DNA of 43,697 nt from a virus, in IMG/VR virus record IMGVR_UViG_3300012961_000002, positions 1-43,697 of that record; one strand, 5' to 3'. Below, piece after piece: positions 24,006-30,595 of the stretch (the first letter of the stretch is position 1; each line of letters starts with the position of its first letter). Both the position numbers and the translations under genes were made by a program. The notes under the pieces are model-generated. The model made no database searches, had not been told where the DNA came from, and was given only the letters and a program-made list of their open reading frames with translations.

Positions 24006-24889
24006 CAGTATTCCTCTTCTCGTCGTGGGTCTCGTGCGTACGGGTCCACGGTACCAGTCGATCCCGGGATTGCCAAGGGCATGCCCACGCTCTGATCCTT
24101 GAACGTCATGGTCCCGCCATCGAAGTCAAGCTCCCCGTACCACTCGCCTGAGGCATCGAACTTGGCGCCTCGAAGCTTGACCGGGGACACGCCTACGGTC
24201 CCGGGCCCGGACCGGAACAGCGTCAGGATCATCTGGGGCACACGCCCGATCTGACCCTTTACCCCGGACAGCGGGATCGGTTTGTTCTGATCGTTGTACG
24301 GACCGTTCACGTGGTGTAGTCCGATGACACAAGACTGGGTCTCTCGGGCCATTTCGTTGGCATAGTCCAGGAAGACCTCCAGGCCGCCGAACGGATTCTC
24401 CGCGTTGTCCTCAGTGCCGTTCCGGACGTTGGTGATGTTATCCACAACGGTAAGGGCCGGATACTCTCCGTACAATTCGTCGAATGCTTCCATGCTCCTT
24501 TCGATGTTCTTCAGTGTGGGCGCGGCCAGGAAGTTGAACCGGATCGGAATCTCGTTCAAGCCCTTGGCCTGCTCCACCGTGGACTCCAAAACAGGCTCGC
24601 CACGGGCGTACTTCTCGGTCTCGCCCATCGGTAGCCCGGTATGAATCGAGAACGAGCGCGACACCTGGGTGAAGGCGTCGGAGTCCGCCGACATGTACAG
24701 CGTCGGAACTCGGGACCTGACAGCCTGAGTCAAGGCCAGGGCCGACTTGCCCGTGCCCGGACCCGCGCAGATCAGGCACAGCTGTCCTCGCCTGAAGATG
24801 ATCCCGTACTCCTCGAAGGTCTGGAACACGGTCGGTAGCGGGTCCCCGGCCGCGCCCCGGATCCTTCGGGCCTGAACAATCGAGTACAT
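24005..24889 (-). CDS. DnaB-like / RecA-fold replicative helicase
   Basis: Walker A CAGPGTGKS and Walker B LTVVDNI. Size and context fit phage DnaB-like helicases. Confidence 0.7.
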   Translation of the reverse strand: MYSIVQARRIRGAAGDPLPTVFQTFEEYGIIFRRGQLCLICAGPGTGKSALALTQAVRSRVPTLYMSADSDAFTQVSRSFSIHTGLPMGETEKYARGEPVLESTVEQAKGLNEIPIRFNFLAAPTLKNIERSMEAFDELYGEYPALTVVDNITNVRNGTEDNAENPFGGLEVFLDYANEMARETQSCVIGLHHVNGPYNDQNKPIPLSGVKGQIGRVPQMILTLFRSGPGTVGVSPVKLRGAKFDASGEWYGELDFDGGTMTFKDQSVGMPLAIPGSTGTVDPYARDPRREEEY

Positions 24890-24890
24890 A

Positions 24891-25061
24891 TCACCCCTTC
24901 ACTGGAAAATCAGGGTACACGTTCTTGCCCACCCATTCCTCGATGTCCCTGGGGCTTTCCCCGAGCCGCATCAATGCGAGCATGGCTGAAAGAACACGCT
25001 CCGCGTAGTCGGTTTCCAGGGCGTACTTCAGCTCTTCCCACGGTGTGTAAAACCTCACCAC
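24891..25061 (-). CDS. hypothetical protein (56 aa)
   Basis: GTG 25061 follows GAAAGGGG. Confidence 0.45.
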   Translation of the reverse strand: MVRFYTPWEELKYALETDYAERVLSAMLALMRLGESPRDIEEWVGKNVYPDFPVKG

Positions 25062-25231
25062 TAGCCCCTTTCCAGAATTGCGTACTCGTGCGGATCCGTG
25101 GTCACGTAGACATCGATGCACGGGCCGTCACAATCGCAGCCTTCGATGATGACCTTGGCCTTCCCGTGCCCGTTCTCGATCACCTTGTTCAGCTTGTCGC
25201 GCAGTTCCTTAACCGTGATCTGCTCTTTCAT
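25061..25231 (-). CDS. small protein (56 aa; below the ORF-track cutoff)
   Basis: Hand translation MKEQITVKELRDKLNKVIENGHGKAKVIIEGCDCDGPCIDVYVTTDPHEYAILERG. GAGGATGG lies upstream. Confidence 0.5.
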   Translation of the reverse strand: MKEQITVKELRDKLNKVIENGHGKAKVIIEGCDCDGPCIDVYVTTDPHEYAILERG

Positions 25232-25240
25232 GATCCATCC

Positions 25241-25342
25241 TCAGTGTCTCGGGTGTCGATACTTCTGGCACCAAGTACAGTACCACCGGCCCTGCCGATC
25301 GATCAAGCCTCTGTAGCATATCGGGCACTTGGGCCTGCTCAT
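25241..25342 (-). CDS. zinc-ribbon miniprotein (33 aa)
   Basis: MSRPKCPICYRGLIDRQGRWYCTWCQKYRHPRH, with GGAGGA 4 nt upstream of the ATG. Confidence 0.4.
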   Translation of the reverse strand: MSRPKCPICYRGLIDRQGRWYCTWCQKYRHPRH

Positions 25343-25448
25343 ACGTCCTCCGTTGTCTGTTCGAGAATCTCCCACCAGGTCTTGCCGCAGTCTCGGCACT
25401 CGCGCAGCATCCTTCGGCCCGTGGTTCGGACCCCACGTTCCCCAGGCC

Positions 25449-26240
25449 TTAGACACGGTACTTGCAGCTTGCACTCACAGAGCAGAACATGCACTTCTTG
25501 GCCTCGGGCTTGGCGGGGAACGACCCCGCCTTGACGGCGGTGTCCATCCTCACGTAGTCCATCTCCAGTTCCGTCTTCACGACCTGGGTTAGTTGGTACG
25601 GGAACGTGGGCTTCCCGGTCCGGGTCATGAAGAAATCACCTCGGTTGACCACGGCTCCGACCGAGGCCTGAACCGCGAGGGCGTAGGTCGCCAACTGGTC
25701 CGGACCCCCGGGCGTCGTCCCCGTCTTGTTGTCCCGGACGATCAGGGCCCCGTCCGAGTCGTACCCGATCCAGTCGATGAACCCTCGGACCGGGATCCCA
25801 CCGATCTCGATCTCGAACGGGAACTCCACGAGCATCTTACCGGTGTCAGGGCCCGCGGTCAGGGTGATCGGGACCTCGTCGGGGTGCTTCTCGTACCACG
25901 CGATGTACCGAGCCACATGCTCACGGCCCAGCTTGAATCTCCGTGCGATGTCTTCGGCGCCCTTGTACGGGCCCGAGGCGAACCAGAACCGGGGGTTGGG
26001 GGTCTCGGCCAAGTAGTTGTTCGTCTCGCGCTGGTACGCGTTCTCGAACACCAGAACCGCGGCCTCAAGGGTCATGGTCCTGCCGGACAGCTCCCAGGCT
26101 TCGGCCGCCTCATGCACAGCTGAGCCCATCGGGAGCCAGGCCGCAGGTCGTTGCCAAACCATCTCTACCCGTTCCAGGTAGTACATGTACGGGCACCGAG
26201 TGTAGCTATTCAGCTGCGAGTACGAGCGTACGTCGTTCAT
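25449..26240 (-). CDS. Cas4-family PD-(D/E)XK exonuclease with Fe-S cysteine cluster
   Basis: N-terminal Cys (RCPYMY), nuclease core GFIDW...IVRDNKTG, and C-terminal CMFCSVSASC. ATG 26240 lies 6 nt after AGGAAGG. Confidence 0.7.
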   Translation of the reverse strand: MNDVRSYSQLNSYTRCPYMYYLERVEMVWQRPAAWLPMGSAVHEAAEAWELSGRTMTLEAAVLVFENAYQRETNNYLAETPNPRFWFASGPYKGAEDIARRFKLGREHVARYIAWYEKHPDEVPITLTAGPDTGKMLVEFPFEIEIGGIPVRGFIDWIGYDSDGALIVRDNKTGTTPGGPDQLATYALAVQASVGAVVNRGDFFMTRTGKPTFPYQLTQVVKTELEMDYVRMDTAVKAGSFPAKPEAKKCMFCSVSASCKYRV

Positions 26241-26649
26241 CCAAGGCCTTCCTGATCGCAGAGACGGCATCGAACCGGACACCGATCAAGTCGCCGATCT
26301 CCTCGTCAGTGATCCCAGCTCGGGGTTGCCGCCTGAAAATCTCGGCCCATTCTAGCAAGTAGGGACGACGCCCGGGGCGCTGCTTTCCCAGGACCCGGTC
26401 CACGATCACCGCGTCGTACCACTCGGCGTCGGGCACGAGGTCCGGAACAGGCCCGTACTCGGCCTCCAGACCGTCTGTGGCGGGCTTAACCCGGCTCGGA
26501 GGGTCCGGGTACCGGAAACGCGTCTTCGTCGTCCTACGACGATTCTGGGCCTGTTTACGGAGGCGCACCCGTTCGCACTCGCGGCATCGTCGCTGTTTGG
26601 TGATGCCCACGAGGTCCTTATCGTGGTTCTTCGGGCATAAGTTCGGCAC
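26206..26649 (-). CDS. putative DNA-binding protein (N-terminal Cys pairs, C-terminal HTH-like segment)
   Basis: CPKNH...CRECE, and ITDEEIGDLIGVRFDAVSAIRKAL. GTG start follows GAAGGAGG. Confidence 0.45.
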   Translation of the reverse strand: MPNLCPKNHDKDLVGITKQRRCRECERVRLRKQAQNRRRTTKTRFRYPDPPSRVKPATDGLEAEYGPVPDLVPDAEWYDAVIVDRVLGKQRPGRRPYLLEWAEIFRRQPRAGITDEEIGDLIGVRFDAVSAIRKALDERRTLVLAAE

Positions 26650-26685
26650 CCGGGGCCTCCTTCGTGTTCTCGGATGGTTCTTGGA

Positions 26686-26850
26686 TCATGCAACCATGAC
26701 GGCGAGGCACGAGAGCGCGACGCTGGTGGCGCCGCACAGTGCTGCGATCCGTATCTGGCTCTTCTTTCCGCTGTACGTCCAGGCCGTAGCCCAGTAGATC
26801 ATCGCCCAAGCCCAAACCCAGGATGCTACCACGAGCGATAACGAGACCAT
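26686..26850 (-). CDS. small membrane protein (54 aa)
   Basis: ATG 26850 follows AGGGAG. Two hydrophobic, Trp-rich segments. Confidence 0.5.
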   Translation of the reverse strand: MVSLSLVVASWVWAWAMIYWATAWTYSGKKSQIRIAALCGATSVALSCLAVMVA

Positions 26851-26860
26851 GTCTCCCTCT

Positions 26861-27508
26861 TTACAGGTCGAAGGCGACAAGCTCGCCATGGCGGTTGTAT
26901 CCGATCTGCTCGCAATCCACTGCACTAGCCCATTCAGGCCTCCGGTACCCCAGGTTGCCCTTTTCGGCCCAGGTGAGTTCGTCCGCGCCTTCCTCGGCGT
27001 TCAGGTTGTGCACCGGCCGGACACGTTCCATCATCAGGACCCCGTCCGGGAGCAAGTGGCACTCCGCGATCGGAACGTCACGCCATCGGATCAGGGATCG
27101 GTGCGCGTCCGCGCCGAACGTGGCTGCGATCTTGTCCTCGGGCACCCCGGTCTGCGCAGCGTATCGAGCGGCCTCGACCCGGTTCTTGTAGTTGTCCCCT
27201 GGGTACTTGGCCACCTTGAACACCCAGTCTTTGCCCACGTACGTGCGTCGAGTGCACCCGGAATACACAGGGTACCGAGACCGGAACGACTTCGGGCGCC
27301 GGACCTGGCCCCGTGAAGTGTTGGCCACCTCGACCTGAGCAGAGACGGCTGGGGCCAGCTTCGTTTCCTGGACACGGTACCGTTTGCGCCCGATACCGTC
27401 GGCCGGAACCAGGGTGTACAGGTATCGCCACCCGGTGTCATCCGTCCTGTACGCTTTGTACACCTTGGTCCCGGTCTTCCCGACCGTGACCAGCGTGCCG
27501 TCTTTCAT
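26861..27508 (-). CDS. hypothetical protein (215 aa; weak protein-kinase-like motif order)
   Basis: ATG 27508 follows AGAGGAG. Segments VFKVAK ... RVEAARYA ... LMMERV ... VDCEQIGYNRHGELVAFDL loosely follow the kinase K / E / hinge / D...D order. No search was possible. Confidence 0.5.
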   Translation of the reverse strand: MKDGTLVTVGKTGTKVYKAYRTDDTGWRYLYTLVPADGIGRKRYRVQETKLAPAVSAQVEVANTSRGQVRRPKSFRSRYPVYSGCTRRTYVGKDWVFKVAKYPGDNYKNRVEAARYAAQTGVPEDKIAATFGADAHRSLIRWRDVPIAECHLLPDGVLMMERVRPVHNLNAEEGADELTWAEKGNLGYRRPEWASAVDCEQIGYNRHGELVAFDL

Positions 27509-27518
27509 CTCGTCTCCT

Positions 27519-27959
27519 CTACTCTGCCGACCAATTGTCACGAAGCTTGCGCTTGGCCCGCTCCCAGGCGTTTCGTACACCCTTAGGCGTGGTGTTCAGA
27601 TGGCGAGCCAAGGGACCCGTGTAGTTTTTGCCGTCTGGGATCGGGGATCCGTCCACGATAGCTGACACTACACGTCGTTCCTGCTTTGTCAAGCCCGCGA
27701 TCTCTGTTACCTCGGTCACGAATTCGCGTGAGTCATCGACCGGGGTGACGGGCTCAGCTTCCAGCTCATCGAAGACATGATCGTCCCCATACGTGAGCAC
27801 TCGCTTACCGGAGGCGTCCCACATGTCATCGCGCATACGCCCTAGGATGTCGTCTGCGGTCGCGGAGCTGGGGTCCAAGCCCTTCTTGAGGCATGCCCCC
27901 TCCCACGGCGTACCGTGGATCTCGTGGGCCAGAACCCAGGCCACGCGCAGGTTGATCAT
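27519..27959 (-). CDS. sigma-70 region-4-like / LuxR-type HTH protein
   Basis: C-terminal LTKQERRVVSAIV...LARHLNTTPKGVRNAWERAKRKLR resembles the region 4.2 HTH. Confidence 0.45.
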   Translation of the reverse strand: MINLRVAWVLAHEIHGTPWEGACLKKGLDPSSATADDILGRMRDDMWDASGKRVLTYGDDHVFDELEAEPVTPVDDSREFVTEVTEIAGLTKQERRVVSAIVDGSPIPDGKNYTGPLARHLNTTPKGVRNAWERAKRKLRDNWSAE

Positions 27960-28174
27960 TCGATGTCCTTTCCATGGAGATCAGCACGCTGAGCCTCCCG
28001 AACGATGTGGTCCAGGAGGATCAGGAATGGAGCAGGCCACCCAGCCTGACCAGCGATATTCCTGAATTCCATGATCGAGTCAACGGAGATCCAGAGCCGG
28101 TACTTATTCTCGTCACGTATGGTTCGCACAGGCCAGGCAACCGGCCTGAGCGGTTCGGGCGCGGGCAGGGTCAT
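27956..28174 (-). CDS. hypothetical protein (72 aa)
   Basis: ATG 28174 follows GAGAGGA. Confidence 0.5.
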   Translation of the reverse strand: MTLPAPEPLRPVAWPVRTIRDENKYRLWISVDSIMEFRNIAGQAGWPAPFLILLDHIVREAQRADLHGKDIE

Positions 28175-28218
28175 CGGAAGTCCTCTCTCGTGTCTTACTT
28201 CCAGTCTAACACAGGTCG

Positions 28219-28740
28219 TCAAGCCGCAGTCCATCCGTTTTCGGGGGCGTAGAGGACCGGGTACCCGTACGTCTTGGAGCACATTTCCTGGTAGGTCAGA
28301 GGCCCGAACATCGGAGCCCCATGGATGACCTCATCAGCCCATCGCCACCGGTCCAGAATGTACGCCCGGCTCTTGAAGACTTGGGCCTCGTAGGTCCACA
28401 CCCCCATGAACTTGGACCACGGGTATTCTTCCCGCATCCGTTCGATCACTCTGCGTACGGTTCGGCCTGAGTACACGAAGTCATCGGCGATGATGTACTC
28501 CAGGCCCACGGAGCCTTCGATCCGATAACAAGAGTGTGTCGATTGGTCATCGGGCTTGCGCACGATGGCGAACTTAGAACCTACGGTCGGGGCCACCCGA
28601 GAAACGTACACGGTTCCCGAAAGCCCGGTCCCGACGATGGTGTCAAAACTCACATCGGCAGTCCCAGCCCGGAACTCGGAGAGTAGTTTCCGATTGCTGT
28701 ACGTGAGGGCCTTGCTAAAGTAGCTATCACCCGCGCTCAT
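28219..28740 (-). CDS. type I phosphoribosyltransferase-fold protein
   Basis: PRPP-binding signature EYIIADDFVYSGRTV, plus upstream FDTIVGTGLSGTV...FAIVRK. First gene of the leftward unit. Confidence 0.65.
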   Translation of the reverse strand: MSAGDSYFSKALTYSNRKLLSEFRAGTADVSFDTIVGTGLSGTVYVSRVAPTVGSKFAIVRKPDDQSTHSCYRIEGSVGLEYIIADDFVYSGRTVRRVIERMREEYPWSKFMGVWTYEAQVFKSRAYILDRWRWADEVIHGAPMFGPLTYQEMCSKTYGYPVLYAPENGWTAA

Positions 28741-28775
28741 CCCTTGATCCTCTCTGCGTAGGCGGTGTGAGGGCC

Positions 28776-28804
28776 ACTCTGCCAGGGCTCGAAGGCAGTG
28801 TCAA
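28776..28804 (-). promoter_or_regulatory. leftward early promoter candidate TTGACA-N17-CAGAGT
   Basis: The -35 element is at 28799-28804 and the -10 at 28776-28781 (minus strand), 35 nt upstream of the SD and ATG of 28219..28740. Confidence 0.4.
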
Positions 28805-28834
28805 GCCGTATCCCCCAAACGGGTGATGGCCAGA

Positions 28835-28877
28835 TACGCGACCTGGGAAAAGGGGCGATTACCCTCTATAAGTAGGG
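28835..28877. repeat. 43-bp direct repeat, copy 1 (DR1a)
   Basis: tacgCgacctgggaaaaggggcgattaccctctataagtaggg matches 29045-29087 with 1 mismatch. Confidence 0.9.
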
Positions 28878-28904
28878 GTAGGGGTTAAGGGATAGGGGAT
28901 AGGG
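28873..28904. repeat. G-tract iteron-like cluster (tagggg tagggg ttaaggg atagggg ataggg)
   Basis: Five TA(G)3-4 units spaced 6-8 nt apart, read directly from the sequence. Confidence 0.6.
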
Positions 28905-28906
28905 CA

Positions 28907-28921
28907 TAAGAACCTTAAACC
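28907..28921. repeat. 15-bp direct repeat, copy 1 (taagaaccttAaacc)
   Basis: Matches 28966-28980 with 1 mismatch. The two copies flank the palindromes. Confidence 0.8.
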
Positions 28922-28927
28922 TAAGAT

Positions 28928-28955
28928 CTAGAGAACCCCTTAAGGGGTTCTCTAG
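28928..28955. repeat. 28-bp perfect palindrome ctagagaaccccttaaggggttctctag
   Basis: Self-complementary over all 28 nt. Followed immediately by a 10-bp palindrome gttctagaac (28956-28965). Confidence 0.9.
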
Positions 28956-28965
28956 GTTCTAGAAC

Positions 28966-28980
28966 TAAGAACCTTGAACC
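28966..28980. repeat. 15-bp direct repeat, copy 2 (taagaaccttGaacc)
   Basis: See copy 1 at 28907-28921. Confidence 0.8.
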
Positions 28981-29044
28981 CTGGTTCCTGGATCTTATCC
29001 CCTGTACCTGAAGTTAGGGCCCCGTAACGTACAGTAGCTAAAAG

Positions 29045-29087
29045 TACGTGACCTGGGAAAAGGGGCGATTACCCTCTATAAGTAGGG
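29045..29087. repeat. 43-bp direct repeat, copy 2 (DR1b)
   Basis: See copy 1 at 28835-28877. The copies are spaced 210 bp apart. Confidence 0.9.
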
Positions 29088-29210
29088 ACAAGTTACACGA
29101 GTCCAGCGCACGTACACGTATAAGCGTGGACCTGAACATGATCCTTACACCAGATCCTCGGGTTGAGCCGTTGAGGTTCTGTTCCTCCTCTCCGGAGCCT
29201 CCGGCTCCCC

Positions 29211-29260
29211 GAGGGTCTTCAAACTTGGAAGAGGTCTGGCGAGTCGACACCAGAAACCGG
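29211..29260 (+). pseudogene. decayed tRNA copy (D-arm and anticodon-arm similarity to the Leu-CAG gene)
   Basis: The remnant ...caaacttggaagagg-tctgg-cgagtcgaca-ccagaa aligns with caactggcagaggcg-tctgg-ctcagac-ccagaa in the Leu gene. No T arm follows. Confidence 0.35.
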
Positions 29261-29349
29261 CCGTTGGGGTGATGACCTTTGACATCAAGGGGAGACATTG
29301 AGACCAGTCTCATGCCGCTGGTTTAGATCTTTCTGATGGTGTGACACAT

Positions 29350-29421
29350 TGGCCAGTAGCTCAACGGTAGAGCAAGGGACTGTTAATCCCTTAGATGTAG
29401 GTTCGAATCCTGCCCGGTCAG
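29350..29421 (+). tRNA. tRNA-Asn (GTT)
   Basis: Acceptor tggccag/ccggtca (one A:C), D stem gctc/gagc, anticodon stem aggga/tccct with loop ctGTTaa, T arm gtagg-ttcgaat-cctgc. Confidence 0.75.
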
Positions 29422-29494
29422 CTTGTTGATCCGACCTTGATCAAGTCGGGGAGACCCAGTCTAGGCGTCCTGGGATATCAAAGATTGCCAGTAA

Positions 29495-29566
29495 CGAAGA
29501 TTAACTCAGTTGGAAGAGTGCCGGTGTGAAGTACCGGATGCACAGGTTCGAATCCTGTATCTTCGG
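29495..29566 (+). tRNA. tRNA-Phe (GAA)
   Basis: Acceptor cgaagat/atcttcg, D stem actc/gagt, anticodon stem ccggt/accgg with loop gtGAAgt (G32, G37), T arm acagg-ttcgaat-cctgt. Confidence 0.75.
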
Positions 29567-29568
29567 CG

Positions 29569-29600
29569 TAGGTGAGAGATTCGGGTTCGAATCCCGGGCC
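29569..29600 (+). pseudogene. tRNA 3' fragment (variable region, T arm and a truncated acceptor)
   Basis: gtgagagat-tcggg-ttcgaat-cccgg-gcc. There is no room for a 5' half after tRNA-Phe. Confidence 0.4.
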
Positions 29601-29606
29601 ACTAGG

Positions 29607-29739
29607 TACCAGTGGGACTAGCTTAAGGGGTAAAGCGCTCACCGTTTAGCATGGATTGTGCCGCCCGGGAGGCTGGGCACCGGCTTCGAAACCCGGGATG
29701 GTAGGCATTGACCTAGGGGTTCGACTCCTCCACTCTCCG
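29607..29739 (+). pseudogene. degenerate tRNA-like segment (a good D arm, a long GC hairpin, two T-arm-like motifs, no complete cloverleaf)
   Basis: D arm ta-gctt-aaggggta-aagc. Hairpin tgccgcc...ggc-ggca. T-like motifs ccggc-ttcgaaa-cccgg and agggg-ttcgact-cctcc. I could not find matching acceptor or anticodon stems. Confidence 0.3.
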
Positions 29740-29836
29740 CAGGGTCCATCGCCACAGTTGATCCTCCCGTAGAGGCATCTGAGGTAGCTCCTGAGTCATC
29801 CAACGTGGTGCTCTGGCGGTGTTGACCCTTTACCTT

Positions 29837-29919
29837 GGATTGGTGTAGCTGGGATCTACGGCGCCGCTGCTAACGGCGTAGCCCTTAGGGGCTCGAAGGT
29901 TCGATTCCTTCCCTTTCCG
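29837..29919 (+). tRNA. tRNA-Ser (GCT), long variable arm
   Basis: Acceptor ggattgg/cctttcc (tandem U:U at 4:69 and 5:68), anticodon stem cgccg/cggcg with loop ctGCTaa, variable arm agccc-ttag-gggct, T arm gaagg-ttcgatt-ccttc. Confidence 0.6.
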
Positions 29920-29921
29920 CT

Positions 29922-29988
29922 GGAACTAGGCGGGTCTTAGGGCCCTGGATAGCCGACACTGACTCCGGTAAGAGCAGGGTCTAGTTCC
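29922..29988 (+). pseudogene. 67-nt tRNA-like element with a perfect 7-bp terminal helix but no canonical T loop
   Basis: ggaacta (29922-29928) pairs with tagttcc (29982-29988). The interior does not fold into D, anticodon and T arms. Confidence 0.3.
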
Positions 29989-29992
29989 TTAA

Positions 29993-30064
29993 CGCTCAGT
30001 GACCGAGAGACTAGGTGCCTGGTTGCAACCCAGGTTTACGCCGGTTTGAATCCGGCCTGAGTGT
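29993..30064 (+). tRNA. tRNA-Cys (GCA)
   Basis: Acceptor cgctcag/ctgagtg, anticodon stem cctgg/ccagg with loop ttGCAac, T arm gccgg-tttgaat-ccggc. Confidence 0.7.
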
Positions 30065-30068
30065 CCAA

Positions 30069-30137
30069 CCCGAGGCATCTGGGATGCGGCGCGGCTGTAA
30101 ACCGCTACCGAGTCAGGTTCGATTCCTGGTCGCGGGA
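30069..30137 (+). tRNA. tRNA-Tyr (GTA), atypical 69-nt form
   Basis: Acceptor cccgagg/tcgcggg (one mismatch). The D region is only 14 nt (catc-tgg-gatg hairpin). Anticodon stem cgcgg/ccgct with loop ctGTAaa, T arm tcagg-ttcgatt-cctgg. No long variable arm. Confidence 0.5.
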
Positions 30138-30208
30138 CTAGGCCCTGACGAGGGTCCCTAGGGCTAACGTGGCGCCTAGGCGGGATGAGCCCGACATAGC
30201 TCTCTTAT

Positions 30209-30282
30209 GCCCCTCTAGCCCAACTGGCAGAGGCGTCTGGCTCAGACCCAGAAGGTTCGGAGTTCGAATCTCCGGAGGGGTA
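30209..30282 (+). tRNA. tRNA-Leu (CAG), class-I-like (short variable region)
   Basis: Acceptor gcccctc/gaggggt, D stem gcc/ggc, anticodon stem tctgg/ccaga with loop ctCAGac, 5-nt variable region, T arm cggag-ttcgaat-ctccg, discriminator A. Confidence 0.6.
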
Positions 30283-30381
30283 CTTAACGTAGGATTGACG
30301 GCGACCAGATCCAGCCTCAGTGTCCGAATGGTCCGGATACTGCCTACGTGCGGATTGACCCACCGCTTAATCAGGGTCTCT

Positions 30382-30452
30382 GCCTTCCTCGTCTAATGGA
30401 AAGACTCGGGCGTCGTATCCCCGAAATGTCGGTTCGATTCCGTCGGTTGGCT
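30382..30452 (+). tRNA. tRNA-Thr (CGT)
   Basis: Acceptor gccttcc/ggttggc (tandem U:U), D stem gtct/agac, anticodon stem cgggc/ccccg (C:C at 31:39) with loop gtCGTat, T arm gtcgg-ttcgatt-ccgtc (one U:U). Confidence 0.5.
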
Positions 30453-30524
30453 CTAGGACCCGGTAAGCCCTGACTAAGAGCTGAGTTTGGGTCCAAGCGT
30501 CTAGCCCACGCTGAACGGGCCTCT

Positions 30525-30595
30525 GGTCCATTGGTGTAGCGGTAACACATGTGCCCCTCAAGCATATGTCCTCGGTTCGAATCCGGGATGGATCA
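30525..30595 (+). tRNA. tRNA-Glu (CTC) with C33
   Basis: Acceptor ggtccat/atggatc, D stem gtgt/acac, anticodon stem tgtgc/gcata with loop ccCTCaa (position 33 is C at 30556), T arm ctcgg-ttcgaat-ccggg. Confidence 0.65.

Noticed and set aside
25343-25448. A 22-aa ORF (MLRECRDCGKTWWEILEQTTEDV) ending in an ATGA overlap with 25241..25342.
   Set aside because: The SD abuts the ATG with no spacing, and the ORF is very short. It is not reported as a feature, though coupling makes it worth checking in Ribo-seq.
9771-28740. Lysogeny functions (integrase, repressor, excisionase, ParAB) or toxin-antitoxin pairs.
   Set aside because: No ORF shows tyrosine or serine recombinase motifs or a size fitting an integrase. 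HTH candidates are present, but none is paired with an integrase, so the genome is treated as lytic.
28835-29087. CRISPR-like array, suggested by the 43-bp direct repeats.
   Set aside because: There are only two copies, 210 bp apart, with palindromes and iterons between them. There is no repeat-spacer periodicity and there are no cas genes other than the stand-alone Cas4-type nuclease common in phages.
29279-29310. A promoter for the tRNA array (TTGACA at 29279-29284 with CAGTCT at 29305-29310).
   Set aside because: The spacer would be 20 nt, which is too long for a sigma-70-type promoter. No better -10 element lies at 16-18 nt, so the array promoter remains unidentified.
29038-29313. ORFs 29038..29313 (-) and 29048..29272 (+) in the control region.
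   Set aside because: They overlap the DR1b repeat and a tRNA remnant. They have no SD, low GC3 and Ser/Pro/Arg-rich products. They are probably non-coding.
29422-29494. A tmRNA or other known structured ncRNA in the long spacers of the array.
   Set aside because: The spacers are too short for a tmRNA, and there is no tag-ORF or alanine-acceptor pairing. Only local hairpins are seen.
29607-29704. Possible 98-nt type-II tRNA-Leu (TAG): acceptor taccagt/gatggta, long variable hairpin, T arm ccggc-ttcgaaa-cccgg, loop tttagca.
   Set aside because: The anticodon stem would have only 3 bp, and position 37 would be C. The T stem has C:C at 53:61. The good D arm in this region is out of register with that acceptor stem. 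I treat it as a degenerate tRNA-like segment pending covariance-model scoring.
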